Assembly: GCA_046563655.1 (NCBI GenBank)
Contig: CM102283.1
Coordinates: forward strand, 7,502,001 to 7,566,000
Direction: 5' to 3'
Length of the DNA stretch: 64,000 nt
DNA from: Yuukianura sp. NJ FZ-2021
Lineage: Eukaryota
Part shown: piece by piece, positions 1 to 12,227 of the stretch
Position numbering within the stretch: position 1 is the first letter of the stretch
How the letters are laid out: every line of letters begins with the position of its first letter
Position numbers and translations under genes: made by a program
Notes under the pieces: model-generated
Databases searched by the model: none
What the model was told of the DNA's origin: nothing
What the model saw: only the letters and a program-made list of their open reading frames with translations

Positions 1-1590
1 TCTTGAATCCAATTTGATCTTCTTGTGGACACAGGGAGCATTTGTAGTAGAAAGTTTTACCGTAAAGCTCTTTTAGTTCTAACTCTGACAGATGAGTTCT
101 TTCGTGTACTCTTTTCCGGTGAAAGTCTTTGAACGGTTTACCACAAATTGAGCACGTAATTCCTCTGTCTTTATGATTATGCCGGATGTGAGTTGCCAAA
201 TTCCGTAAACTCGTACAAACTCTGCCACAGAGCTGGAAAAAAGCGAAGAAATTCAAATTGTTAAGTAACTGGGGTAGTAAATTCAAAAATTATAGCAGAA
301 GAATCAGTTACATCACACTGGCAATCCATTTTCATTCGATTCTTGAGTATTACGCCTTCATGGGTATCTCTGATATGAGCTTTCAGCATCCAAGTAGTTT
401 TGTAACTCTTGCCACATCGATCACAAAAGTAATCCCTCGTTGTGTTGATATGAACAGAAACTTCATGGCGCTTCCGATTAGACGTGTCATGGAACTTTCG
501 ATCACAATAACGGCAGGGATGCATTATGCCTGTATAAATGTGTTACGTAGATTTAGAAAACTTTGGATTCGATTAATCTTACTGTTGATATTGATTACCT
601 GAATGCTTCCGCCTGATGTGTTTGCTCAATTGAACCTGGGATTTGAATGTACTGGGGCATAGACGACAGCGTCCATCGGGATGGGCAGGAATCGTTTCAC
701 TTCGAGGCAGCCGAATCGCTGGTTCTCTTTGACGTTTTTCTTTTTCGATTTTAACATGAGTTCGATTTGGCGTAAGTTCAGTACATTCAACTTCCATAGA
801 CCGTAGTGCAGTTTCAAATTCGTCATCATCATTTGACTCAGGCTCCTCTGGTATATCTGGTTGACTGAAAATTACTTCCTCTTCTACTTGGGCTTCGAAG
901 TTCGGATGAGACTTTGTACCTTCACTGACTTCCAGAAACGTTTCGCCGGCCAGAACTAGACTTTGGAAGGCATCCGACGTTTTGGTTTTCGTCAGACTTG
1001 GCATTGAGGATTTGTAGGCTGAAAATGAATAAGCGGTATTCGGTAAAATAAGTTCATACTTAACATCTTCTGGAAAAAATATCGCCTGACAGTAGCTCAC
1101 CTTGAACAAGCCTGGATTTGATACTATGAGTTCCTTCAATATTTGGAGAATTTGGTAAAGAATTGACCATCAGTACGCTAACGTCTGTCTTCAAACTTTC
1201 TATTCCCTTTTGCAGTAGTTCCAACTCCGCTATCCAGTCTTGTAATTGGTTCATTTTTTGCGAACAGGGGATACAAAATGGATCGGTGAGGCACGCCAGT
1301 CGAAGCATATTTTGTCTCTCTTCGTCTTTTATGGCAAACAGATCACAAAATGTAAGAAGTCGAGTAGTTGATGACTGAGACACTTCTGTCTGATTTACGG
1401 TAGTCCAGTAGCTGTCATTACAGACGAAGCAAAATATTTGAGAAGGTGGAAGTGCAAATATAACTTGTCCAGGTTGTACCGCATCTGGAGGGGCTGCAGT
1501 ATTTCCAGTAGTAGTTTCAGTGTTTACTGTGGAAGTACTTTGAAGTTGTTTTCCCTGTCGCTGTTTCCGGGGGTGGTTAGCGTTCTTCAT
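1..1590 (-). CDS. ZAD (zf-AD)-like plus C2H2 zinc finger protein; 3' end runs off the window
   Basis: Exons ~1590-1101, 1018-599, 529-312 and 232-<1 with GT-AG introns. N-terminal CFVC...CIPC pair followed by a helix; several C2H2 fingers (CRLC..H..H, CRYC..H..H, CDRC..H..H). Confidence 0.8.
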
Positions 1591-2206
1591 GCTGCTGTAT
1601 TTTCTCAAACTGCAAGACAAATAAGACAAAAACTACTTTAGCACGTTATTATTCCATGACCAAGATTGTAGTTCACTTATTAATTAGCCAGGTTAACCCG
1701 TTTAACTGTTAATTAGCTCACAATTTCAATTAATTAAATCACTTCAAAAACGTAAACAATGATAATTTTTTGAATTCCCCAAATTCCAATTTTGAATTTA
1801 TCAGATTCCCGCCAAAACTAAATTCTTGATTGTTACACTCCTGCCTAAACATTAATTTAACAATAACAACGAATGATTAAAATTAATATAATGAAAAATA
1901 TAACTAATTAATTATTCATTAATCAAGCTGGCTAATTATTACATTTCATTAAGTTCGAGGTCCTCATGGTACATGAGCACATAATAAAGTATACAGTTCC
2001 CAAGGCAACGAATTATTCAAAAAATGTTAACCTTGACAAGTTTTGTTTTTTCCCGCCAGTCAAGTTTGGAACTCCGACGGAGAAGGAGCTCATTTTAACG
2101 TCAAATGCTAAATTCCTTACTGCTAATTTTATATCACTCGCTCATTCCCGTCGTTAACTGTTCCGGTATCAACCAATTGATTTACTTGACTCTGAAGTTT
2201 GAACAA

Positions 2207-3810
2207 ATGGCCAACATGAAGCCGAACATCCCCATTCAGCGCATCCGAATCCTGCCGAACGAGGCCATCTTGCCTTCGGCCAGCCCGGTCGTTGATTCCG
2301 TGGAAGGAATGGACTTGGTCACTTACCTTGGCACTCTTCTGCCCGAAAGCGTCAATCCAAACCACGTTCTGGTAGGAATTGGACTGGCACTGGCTGGAGT
2401 CGTCGGTGGAATCTGCGTTCTGCGTAAGAAGTACCGAGAAGCTACGGAGAGCGGCGAATCCTTTGTCTCTTCCTTCGGAATGACTTTGGGCGGCAAACCC
2501 GTCAAATTTCCAACATTTGAAAATGGAGAACGGCCGTACGGTGTGCTGATTCGGAACCAGTGTCCGCGTGGACGAAAGACTCCGTAAACTAACAACATTT
2601 TGAAACTTTCAAAATTTTTAACTTAAAAGAAAACTGAAAATTGATGTTTTTCTAACTTTTAGGTGCATTGCTGCCTATCCATTGAAGTTGGAGACGTTTC
2701 TTCGCATTGCTGGAATCAAATGTGTCATTGTAAGGCTAAAAAGTGTTTGAAACAGATTTTAAAATTTTGAAATTTTTTGATTTTTTGTTTGTTCAGGAGG
2801 ATCCAGACGACAACAACAACGATGTTGTAGATGAGGACTCGATGCTTGTACTGGACATGGAGAATCTTCCGGAATCCCAAGTTTGCATGAAGAATCTGAG
2901 CCAAAAATTTGGAATTGACTTGTCCCGGCATCTGACTCCGGAAGAGCGCGGAATTGAACTGGCCTTCAGCCATTTGTTGGAACAGAAGATTTACTGGTAT
3001 TTTTATAATTAATTTGTAATTAAATTAGTATAATTTACATCTAAATCTAATGTCAGTTAATTGGTTATTGACATTGTCTTTATTATATTTCCAGGGCGTT
3101 GTCTTTGTACCGTTGGGTAATCGAAAAATTTCGACATTTTTGATTTAAAATGCTATCGATTTGAAAAACCAAAAATTTGAAATTTTTCTAAAGGTGTACG
3201 ATGGGGCACGGTCCATTCCGAAGATCCAGGCGCTTCCAGAAATTTCAGACGACGCAATCTCTTCAGTTGCTCGAACTGTTGAGCATGCTGCCTGGCACCA
3301 TGGTAAACTTTCAAAAATTGCTGTTTTCAATTTTTTTGAAGAAAATAATTGAAGTTCTAAAAATTCCAACAAAAATTCAGGTATTGGACAACGCACTCCG
3401 ACCGAAGTGATTGAAGAGTCACTTCAAGACCTGGCTGCCGTGTCCATTCAACTTGGCAAGTCTTTCAAAAAACTTCGCTTTCTTTCGTTTTTTTTAACAA
3501 AAAAAAAACCGCTTTTAAAATAAGCTTTGCTTTGATGAAATTTTTCAGGCTCCAGCAAGTACATGATGGGAAGCAAACCGACGGAACTGGACTCCACTGC
3601 ATTTGCCATGCTCAGTCAAATCTTGTGGACCATGGATGGACCCCTCAACGACGCTGTCACAGGTAAGTTAAAGTAATTACAATTAGTTAATTTAATTGAC
3701 GTTAACTAAAGTTTTTATATCTAATAGTCACTTACCCCAACTTGTTCGACTACTGCTGGCGCATGCGGAATGAGTTCTGGGCAGACTGGGACAAATGTCT
3801 CTTCAACTGA
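2207..3810 (+). CDS. Failed axon connections (FAX/FAXC)/metaxin-like GST-fold protein with N-terminal TM
   Basis: Spliced product contains TM LVGIGLALAGVVGGICVL, PCIAAYPLKLETFLRIAGI, DLAAVSIQLGSSKYMMGSKPTELDSTAFAML and LVRYCWRMRNEFWADWD. Stop TGA at 3808-3810. Confidence 0.85.
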
Positions 3811-4232
3811 TCAACTCTACAAACCAAACTACATATACAAGATCAACATACAAACCAAGCCACAACCACAAGAGCAACACTTCTCTAAATTCTAAATTCA
3901 CATAATCACATGACAGGTCAAAGGTCAATGACCTTCTGATTAGAATGAGCTACTAGCTAATGACCTCTGACCCCGTACGAATTTGCCTCACGAAACTCGC
4001 TCTCTCAAAGTACTTTTCTCAAATAAAATTCAAAATTTGGCTATAATTATATCAGGTTCAAACTTCAAACTTTAAATTTTAAAAATACTTTAATTTTGAA
4101 ACTCAAAGAATAACAATTTTTTTTTATTTTACAATTTTTTAAATAAATTTTGTTAATTTTAAACTGTTTATCCTATTGGAACTAATTTGAAAATTTTATA
4201 ATTTGTGAACTGAATTTCTTGATTTTTGAATT

Positions 4233-6066
4233 TTAGTTCTTCTTTGTTTTCATCATCTTTGCAATTGCGTAACCTCCCAAATTTGAATCGCAAATTTTGA
4301 ATAGCTTCTCCACCTCCTTCCAATCCAGCATTTCAAAAGATCTTGCGATTTGAAGCACTTTTGCCAAAATTGGCTTCGCTGCTGTCTTGTTGCCAAGACA
4401 CAGGTATGCCTTGGCCAACTCCGTTTCCAGTTTCAAGACTTCCATCAACCTGGACACTGATTGGTCCGTGCCAGTCGGGTCATCGGTAATCTTGAGCCGC
4501 TTGTTGTGGTGCAGACAAAAGTTGACAGCTTGTTCATACTGGCCAAGTTCACGGTAAAGGAATGCCACCATTGCTGCGCTGCGAATCAGTCCATCTTCGT
4601 CTGCTTCGGCCATGTTTAGCTGTTTTTGGAAAACGTCGAGCTGAATACGCAGAGCTTCTTGTACTTTCCCTTGTTTCAAAAGTATTTGACCAATCCAGAA
4701 CTGAGTACCGGCGGCAGCTTTAAAAAAAACAACAAATTTTCAGAAAGTTCATTTTTTTTTCCAATTTTTTTTTCAAAATGCTTACCCAGACTGGATTCGC
4801 CCAAAGTCTCTTTTTGAATGCGGTAAATCGACACGAAAATGTCGAGTGCTTCTGCGTCGTGTCCCATTTTGACCATGAGGATTGCCTTGTTCCGGGTTAC
4901 CGTAAGTGTGTCGGAATGTGTTTCACCGTAAAGTACCGTAGAGATCCGAACGACTTCGGTTGACTCCCTGAGCGCATCTTCCAGAAATCCTTTACCGTTG
5001 AGTACAAATGCCAGTTCATTGTGGATGTTCATCGTCAGCCAATGATTTTCTCCAGGTCCCATACGCGCCAAAGGCAAAATCTTCAATAAAATTTTCATTG
5101 ATTCATCCAATCGTCCAAGTCTCCACTCTGCCGTGGCCATGTCAGCTTGAAGTCTCAAGGTATTGAGATGTGCTGGACCAAATTCAGCCTGGAAACGACT
5201 TTCAGCAGCGTGAGTGGCAACGCACAACTCACGGTAGAAGCCAAGTTGGTCCATTCGGTCACACAAACTGGCAAAAAAGGCTGTTGCGCCTTCTGGAAGT
5301 TCGGATTCGGTCGTATCCATGACGTGATTCCACAAAGCAAGGGCATGTGGCACATAGGCTTTAAGGATGTCGTAGCGACGTTGTCGCTCGATGTGCTGGA
5401 AGTTGATTTTCTCCAGTTCTGCGTTGATAATGTACTGGAGGTAGTCCATAGCGAGTTGAACGGTTCGGGTTTTGTCGGCACAGCGTCGCAGATCAGCGTG
5501 TTTGACGAACTGACCAAGGTTCATTTTGGATTTGTTCGGAGAAATTTGAACCAAGCCGTAGCTGGACAAGACCTCTACGACCGAAGAACTGAAAACTTGT
5601 GTTGGAATTGGCAGCGTAGGGTCGAAGTAGCCCAAGAGGTACAAGAGGCTGGCTGCTGGTGTACCAAGGGACGATTCTCGGCGCATGCGCAGTAGAGTCC
5701 GGAACAAAACGATTTTGACTTCGGTCCGGACCGTATCGTAAGCTGCACGACACATTGGACACTTCGGGTTGCTACTTGTGGCCAGACGGTACCAACAAAA
5801 GCCGCAAATCTAAAAATATAAAAGCTTTTAACGCTTGTAAAAGCTTTTGTGGGTATAAAAATGCTGGAAATTGGATTCAAAAATTGTTCAAAATTTCAAA
5901 TTTCAAAATTTTTAACCTTGAACGAGCATGAGCAGGTCTTTAAGTCTTTGTCATCTTGGCAGAGCTTGACGAAGCAAATGAGGCATTCGTCAGCGTCATC
6001 TGCATCGCTGGCAGCGTCTGTCCCAGAGCCGTTTTGAATTTTAATTATTTCAGTTTCGTTAGCCAT
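4233..6066 (-). CDS. C4C4 (CNOT4-type) RING finger fused to TPR repeats, ~552 aa
   Basis: Exons 6066-5917, 5809-4786 and 4717-4233 join in frame. RING: CLICFVKLCQDDKDLKTCSCSFK|ICGFCWYRLATSSNPKCPMCR. ~42-aa TPR units: FGPAHLNTL, PGENHWLTM, YGETHSDTL, LGESSL. Confidence 0.8.
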
Positions 6067-6897
6067 TCTCTCCCACCTTCTTTGTAAAAATTAGGAAAAT
6101 TAGTCGCAATAGTGTTTCTAGTTAATCGTTTTTTCAATTACTTACCTTGGATTTGTTCCAAAATTTGAAAAAAAGAACTGAATTTCTGGAGAACCGACAC
6201 CAAACGCAAACGCGTGGTTCGAGAAAAAGTAAAATGGGGCTCAGGGTTCAGGGTTTTCTACGACTTGGTTTGTTGAATTGTTGTGCGAACGTTTAGGTTT
6301 GGAAATAGTCTTGGGAACAAAAATTCAAACATGGACCTTTTTTGAACTGCGTCGTAAAAAAAAGGGGGAGGAAGGGGAGGGGGAATCAGCCCCCTGCAAA
6401 TGGCGCCCATAGCAACCAACGCAATATTTGTTTGTGACGTCACCCGCTGAAAAAATACCGTAATCGTGAAATTGGAACCCGCTGGCATCTATGTAAACAA
6501 GATGTGTCTTACGGGTTTCTATAGGACACCATCATTAATGGGCAGAATTCCGGTATTTTCAGCGAGTGACGTCATTTTTTTTTCCACATGGCAACCAAAC
6601 AAACTTTCTATCCGCCCGCACTACCTAGTAGTATTCTATTTACCTTGGGGGGGGGGGGGGATTAAAAATTCCACCCACTTGAAAAGTAAAAAAAAAACTG
6701 AAAATACATTTGCATAAGTTTGGCAATTTTATTATGATATGATTTCCGGTTACTTTACAGCAAAAGCTAATTACTTTCTCAATAAAAGTTTCATTTACGA
6801 GAATTTTTGAAATTGCAGAGATTTTTTAGAGATAGTTTTCGAAGTTGAAATTTTTCGTGATTTGTCGTGAAGTTTGTTGGTTTTTGAAAGTTTTTGA

Positions 6898-7766
6898 TCA
6901 TTTCTTCTCCTCCAGTCCAGTGGGTTGCCAGCAGTCATCATTTGGTGGGCAAGTGCAGAGATACTGTTGGTATTTCAAAAATAAAAAACAATGTCAGCTT
7001 TTCAGTTTTTTTTTTCAAAATCGTTTCGTTAGAAAGGTGTAACTGACCTCGTAGTAGACATGGACTGCCTTCTCTTGTTCCAGAGTGTTGATGACGTAGG
7101 CACGGGTTTTGCGTAGCTGGAGAATGGCCATTTCCGGGGTCAATCCGCAGAATCGAACGAGGTAGCAAGCAGCCAGCGTTCCAGCAGTTCCACGTCCATC
7201 ACGATCGTGGATTCCAACACCTTCGTCCATCTGACGAGCCGTCTCCACGAAGCAAATGAAAATCTTGATCTGCTCCTGCGTGGGAGCAGCCAATTCCTGA
7301 ATTGGAATCTCGATCCAGTGGAACTGCGGAACAATTAAGCCAAATTTAGATTAATCCAGTTACTTCTGTACACAAATATGATAGCTGAATGTGTTTGTAC
7401 CTCCGTAAACATGTGGATTGGCGGACGACATTCCGTGCAGGTAGTGACGAGACGTCGAATGCCACAGCGGAGTAAGAAGCGAAGATGCTGGGGATACTGT
7501 GGCCATGCCATCAAAGCCAATTTGCGCTTGATCATCCACTGGAAGCGCCACGGTGGTCGGACGTCACCAAGTTGCTCCAAGTATGGCGACAGGAACGAAC
7601 GCTGCAAATATAAAGAAAAACGTCGTGGTGTTGAACAATCCTAGGATATAAGCCGAATTGCGGAAAATTTGAATTAGGCTACCTTCTTCTCTGCCCATTC
7701 TGGAAGACGATGACCTGGATGCTGTTCCATGTAGACGCGGTAAGTTGCACCCAAAAGATACGCCAT
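6898..7766 (-). CDS. DUSP23-like atypical dual-specificity phosphatase, catalytically degenerate, ~208 aa
   Basis: Exons 7766-7683, 7601-7401, 7323-7048 and 6963-6898. Motifs PPWRFQW..LALMAWP, GIRRLVT, APTQEQI, GTLAACYLV and INTLEQEKAV match DUSP23; the P-loop reads HDRDGRGTAG. Confidence 0.85.
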
Positions 7767-8340
7767 TTTGTTCAATTGGTTGTTGCAAAAGAGTAATCTG
7801 AAAACGATTCCAGAAAAAGCGTGAATTACAAAGTAGTGGCAGTGATGATGATCAGAATTTCAGTGCGGCTGGACTGCAGATGAAGGCACAGATCAACAAT
7901 AGTTTGTTTTGAGGCGTAGCAGATGATGAAACCACGGCAACTAGTTAATCGATTTTATTCAAAATGTCGTCTCATCAGTGATTTTTCGACAATCAAAGAG
8001 TTGAAACAATAACATTTCTTATTGTCCGAAATTTATGAAGTTGGTAATCTCATCGGTCTTTGAGAACAAGTCCAACAGTAGACTAATTTGAATTGCATGG
8101 AGGGAAAAGAATCAAAGTGTCAACAGTCAGCTGTTAACGTCAAGTATTTTATCGTCCTAATTAATTACCAGTTTAATTAGCATCAGTCACTAGCCGGTAA
8201 GAGCTACGGAAGAGGTACAGTAAGTCTTCGGTTTGCACGACATAACAAAAGGGTTGCAATCGAAACTTTAATTGGTCAGCAAAGACTCAATTTTTTTTCG
8301 TTTTTGATTTTTTTAATTTTTAGTTTTCTAAATCGCTAAA

Positions 8341-9962
8341 ATGGATCAGCTACAACCAGTGGTGTTAGCGGCCGGACGTGGGTCACGAATGAATCCGCTG
8401 CTTGGAACATCCGTTGTCAAGTGTCTTCTACCGGTAGCAGGACATCCGCTGTTGTTTTATCCACTACAGTTACTTACGCTCAATGGATATGCTAAGCAGG
8501 GTAAGATCTGCAAAAATTCAAACATAATTGTGTAAATATAACTGTAAATAAATCTAATATGCAAAACGTTTTTTAAACCTTTTTTGTGTTTAGGTGTGAT
8601 CGTGATCGTTCAAGAGGATCATCGTGACGAGGTGAAGCGGGCCGCCGACAAGATTGGTGAAACGCTCGGGATCCATATTGAGCTATTTCCAGTTTCAGAA
8701 GATCATGAAGACTTTGGGCCTTGTGAATCTGTGAGGGAATTAATGTTGGCGAAAAAGATTACGGTAACCAGAGACAGAGAAGAAAATACTATCACAAATG
8801 TCAATGTCATGTTTTTTCGTTTTGAACTTTGTAGCGAGACGTAATTTTGATGTCATGCGACACCATTACGAATGCGTCACTCAAAATGCTCGTCAATTTC
8901 CATCAATCTCGCGAATCGGATTGCACGATATTTTTTATGAACAATCTGCCTATCCCTGCTGCAAGACTGTCTGGGCCCAAGTCAGTTTCCAAGCCGGGTA
9001 AGTAACTGTGTGAATTCAATTGAAAATGTTTATTTCTTAACACATGGTTGAATTTTTGCTTAAAGAAAAGGACATCCTTGGTGTCAATCCAGAAACTTCG
9101 GAACTTCTGTTTCTTGCGTCAGAAGCGGACTTTGAAGAACACATCAGCTTCCCGTTAGCAGCATTACGACACTGTCCCAACGTCAAGCTTTACACTTCAT
9201 TCGTTGACAGTCACATTTACATTGTCAGAAAGACGATTTTAGAAGAGTATCTTCTCAATGCAAAGTATCCAGATTCTTTATTTTTTGATTTACAAGTATT
9301 AAGGCAGATTCAAACAGTATTTGTCCCTTGACAGGCACTTTGTAAGTTTGAAAGGAGAATTTTTGCCTCACCTCATATCAAAAATTGGCGATGAGGATAT
9401 CAACTCTAACCTCAAGTGCTACGCTTTTATTGATCGGACCAAAGAGTGTATTCGGATAAATACAACATTTTCGTATGCCCTCGTGAACAAATGTGTAAGT
9501 CACAATGTTAATTTTTCATTAATAACAACTTGCTAAACTAAATGAACTAACTGCCTAGGCTGAATGGGTCCGAAAGAGTTACGGGATCGAACGGAACTTG
9601 GATCGAGAACAAGGTCTCAAAGGAAGTGGTGTCAAGCTTCAGAGTACAGTTGTTGGTGACCATTGTAACTTCGGTGAAAAAGTGAAGATCGTCAATTCTC
9701 TGTTGATGGATTCAATAGAAATCGGTACTTCTGCACTACTGGAGAATTGTATCGTTTCTACTGGAGCCAAAATAGGAGCAAATGCTGTTTTGAAGGAATG
9801 TCTTGTGGGTCCAGGATTCAATGTTCCCGATGGAGGTACTAAAACGAATAAAGCTTCAAATTTTTTGATGATGAGTTCTTCAATTTGTAATTGATTGACT
9901 TCACAGGTCGATTTACGAACGAGTCTCTAACGGTCGTAGACGACACTTTCTTCGAGGCATAA
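8341..9962 (+). CDS. EIF2B3: Translation initiation factor eIF2B gamma subunit
   Basis: LQPVVLAAGRGSRM, KCLLPVAGHPLLFYPL, LLFLASEADFEE, DSHIYI, SLKGEFLPHLI and C-terminal hexapeptide beta-helix repeats; multi-exon. Confidence 0.93.
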
Positions 9963-10501
9963 ATTGTACTTTTCAGGACGGGCACAGGAGATGACTAATT
10001 TCATGTGCAATCATTAACTTTTTTTTTTAATTTCTTTAGGATTTAATGATTCAATTTTAATATTGAAATAAATTACATAGTAGGTAGAATTTTTTTCTGA
10101 TTGAATTTAAGATTTTGGAATTGTCTACATACGCTCAATCAGATTCAAAATTACTCCAGATTTTCTCTCGCCTTTCACCCGCGCAAATTTTTTTCATCGC
10201 GTCTATTCGTGTGGGGCTAAACAATATCAGCTGTCTCAATCTTCAATCAGGTAAATGTCAGTCAATACTCAATTAAATTGTAGAAATTTGTTCACTAACT
10301 TAACTATAAACTGTTGATTTTCAGAAATAGTCGTTGGATAGATCATCAGAACCACAGTAAAGACGTAATAGTAAGTATGTTGACAATGACACTGATGAGT
10401 AATCTTTGTCTTGTTTTGCTTGTATAATTTTCATCCATTTGATTCTTATAGAAAATAAATACGAGAACGAGACATCGGATTTCGGATAAAAACCAAACTA
10501 A

Positions 10502-11620
10502 ATGAAGCCAAAGCCAATGGACTCAGTACTTGACGCGGAGGATGGTAACGAGAACGACGAAACCACCATTGGTGACCACCAGGATGAGGAATACACTGTA
10601 CTTGCTGAAGACACGGAATACGATGATGAGAGTAACCATCCAGAACAAAGAATGGGATTACTCGCAGAAGATGAAGTGGAAATTGTCACGGAAAATCAGT
10701 CTGCGGAAGCTGAACATCAAACAGTAGTCGAGGAACATGAGGTATACGCCGATTCATCCAACGAGGAGTATGTACTTGGATCTGTTGAGGACATGAACGA
10801 TGATTTTGTGACAGAAGGCTACGTAGAAGACGACGAGCGTAATCAACAACTTGTTATTTTCAAAACGGACGGTGGCGACAATGCTGTAATTACCTACTCC
10901 ATTCCGATCACGAGTGCTGATGAATATGAAGCAGACGATACAGATCGACAGTATGACGCTGTGAATTACTTCCGGACCCACCACCACTACCAAATTATCG
11001 ATGGCTACCTAGTACCTACACCAACTCCGCAGCATCAATCGCTCAATGAACCCCAACGTGAACCAATTCCAATTTCTCCGCCACTTCCACCTCCTCCAGA
11101 TCCAGAGCCGAAAGTACTGTCCAACCCACTTAAACTCAGCGACCTTACTCCAGACGCCCTTCGCAGGAAATCACGTCTTCAGCCCAACAAGCTCCTCATC
11201 GTTTATCACTGTTCCTATTGTGAAGCTGCCTTTGGAGACTTTCCTTCCATTAAAGATCACGAGTCTAAGCATACTGCCAACGGAGATGCCGTTTTCGTCA
11301 ACATGAATCCACAGACGAACTACTTTGGCACAAAACTGATTCCTGGAGGCGACTCTAAGTACAACTGCTTCTGTCCCGTCTGTATGAAAGGATTTGACCT
11401 CAGTTCCAAACTTGGAAAACATTTTCGACTCGCTCACAAGAAGGAACTGAGGGACGACAAACTTCGAAGACGGAAACAGAGACAAAAATCGCTGAACTCA
11501 AACTCACATCAGCCTAATAGTACGAATACGAATTCAGAACATTCTCAACTTGTTCCAGCAGTCAACGCCTCAGTAACAGAAAATGGTCAAGAGGATTTCA
11601 GCATGGAGATGGAAGACTAA
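10502..11620 (+). CDS. Acidic N-terminus, two C2H2 zinc fingers, single coding exon
   Basis: 372-aa ORF with YHCSYCEAAF..HESKH and CPVCMKGF..HFRLAH; spliced 5' UTR upstream. Confidence 0.8.
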   Translation: MKPKPMDSVLDAEDGNENDETTIGDHQDEEYTVLAEDTEYDDESNHPEQRMGLLAEDEVEIVTENQSAEAEHQTVVEEHEVYADSSNEEYVLGSVEDMNDDFVTEGYVEDDERNQQLVIFKTDGGDNAVITYSIPITSADEYEADDTDRQYDAVNYFRTHHHYQIIDGYLVPTPTPQHQSLNEPQREPIPISPPLPPPPDPEPKVLSNPLKLSDLTPDALRRKSRLQPNKLLIVYHCSYCEAAFGDFPSIKDHESKHTANGDAVFVNMNPQTNYFGTKLIPGGDSKYNCFCPVCMKGFDLSSKLGKHFRLAHKKELRDDKLRRRKQRQKSLNSNSHQPNSTNTNSEHSQLVPAVNASVTENGQEDFSMEMED

Positions 11621-11969
11621 CGGAAACAAATGGCACCCAAAGCTCAATTATCCATAGTACAATTTGAAATCGGTTGGCGAATCGACAGTAAAACGAAAAC
11701 TCTCTAACTTAAACCAGCATTAAAATTGAACCAACGTAACTTATTGTATTTTGAATTGACTTTTTTTTTAATTTCAACTTTAAATTAGGGAACGGGTCGT
11801 CCTGAGTTAAGGTAAGTCAGAAATAACCGAAAACTGGCAAGTACAATAGTAGGAATAAAGTGTAAATGAATTGAAATTAACAGTTAAAGTTGTATCCAGT
11901 AGCAGCCATTCGATGGAACTTGAAAATATTTCCTGTCTTCACATTCACTTGTTGTCTTCCGAACCAACT

Positions 11970-12227
11970 TCAGGGCACTGGAGCCGCGACAGCAACAAAA
12001 CAAGCTGCTTGACATTTCCCAAAGGCTACGTTACATGCAATAATAGCCGGTGGTGCGCCGACAGCCGCCACACATCCAAAAACGAATCCAGCTCCAGCAT
12101 AGCAGGCCCCAACAAGTACAGCACAACCAGCTTGGCAAATACCGTATGCCACTAGCCAGCCTTGGACGGGGGCGTGCGTCAGAATCGTAAGGACCAGGAT
12201 GCACTGGAACACCTTCTTCCCGAACAT
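11970..12227 (-). CDS. Small secreted Cys/Ala-rich protein (AYGICQAGC family), 85 aa
   Basis: Signal peptide followed by AYGICQAGC..VGACYAGAGFVFG..APPAIIACNVAFGKCQAAC..APVP; intronless CDS. Confidence 0.8.
   Translation of the reverse strand: MFGKKVFQCILVLTILTHAPVQGWLVAYGICQAGCAVLVGACYAGAGFVFGCVAAVGAPPAIIACNVAFGKCQAACFVAVAAPVP

Noticed and set aside
6240-6680. G-tracts with G-quadruplex potential
   Set aside because: Homopolymer runs or a probable repeat remnant; nothing supports function.
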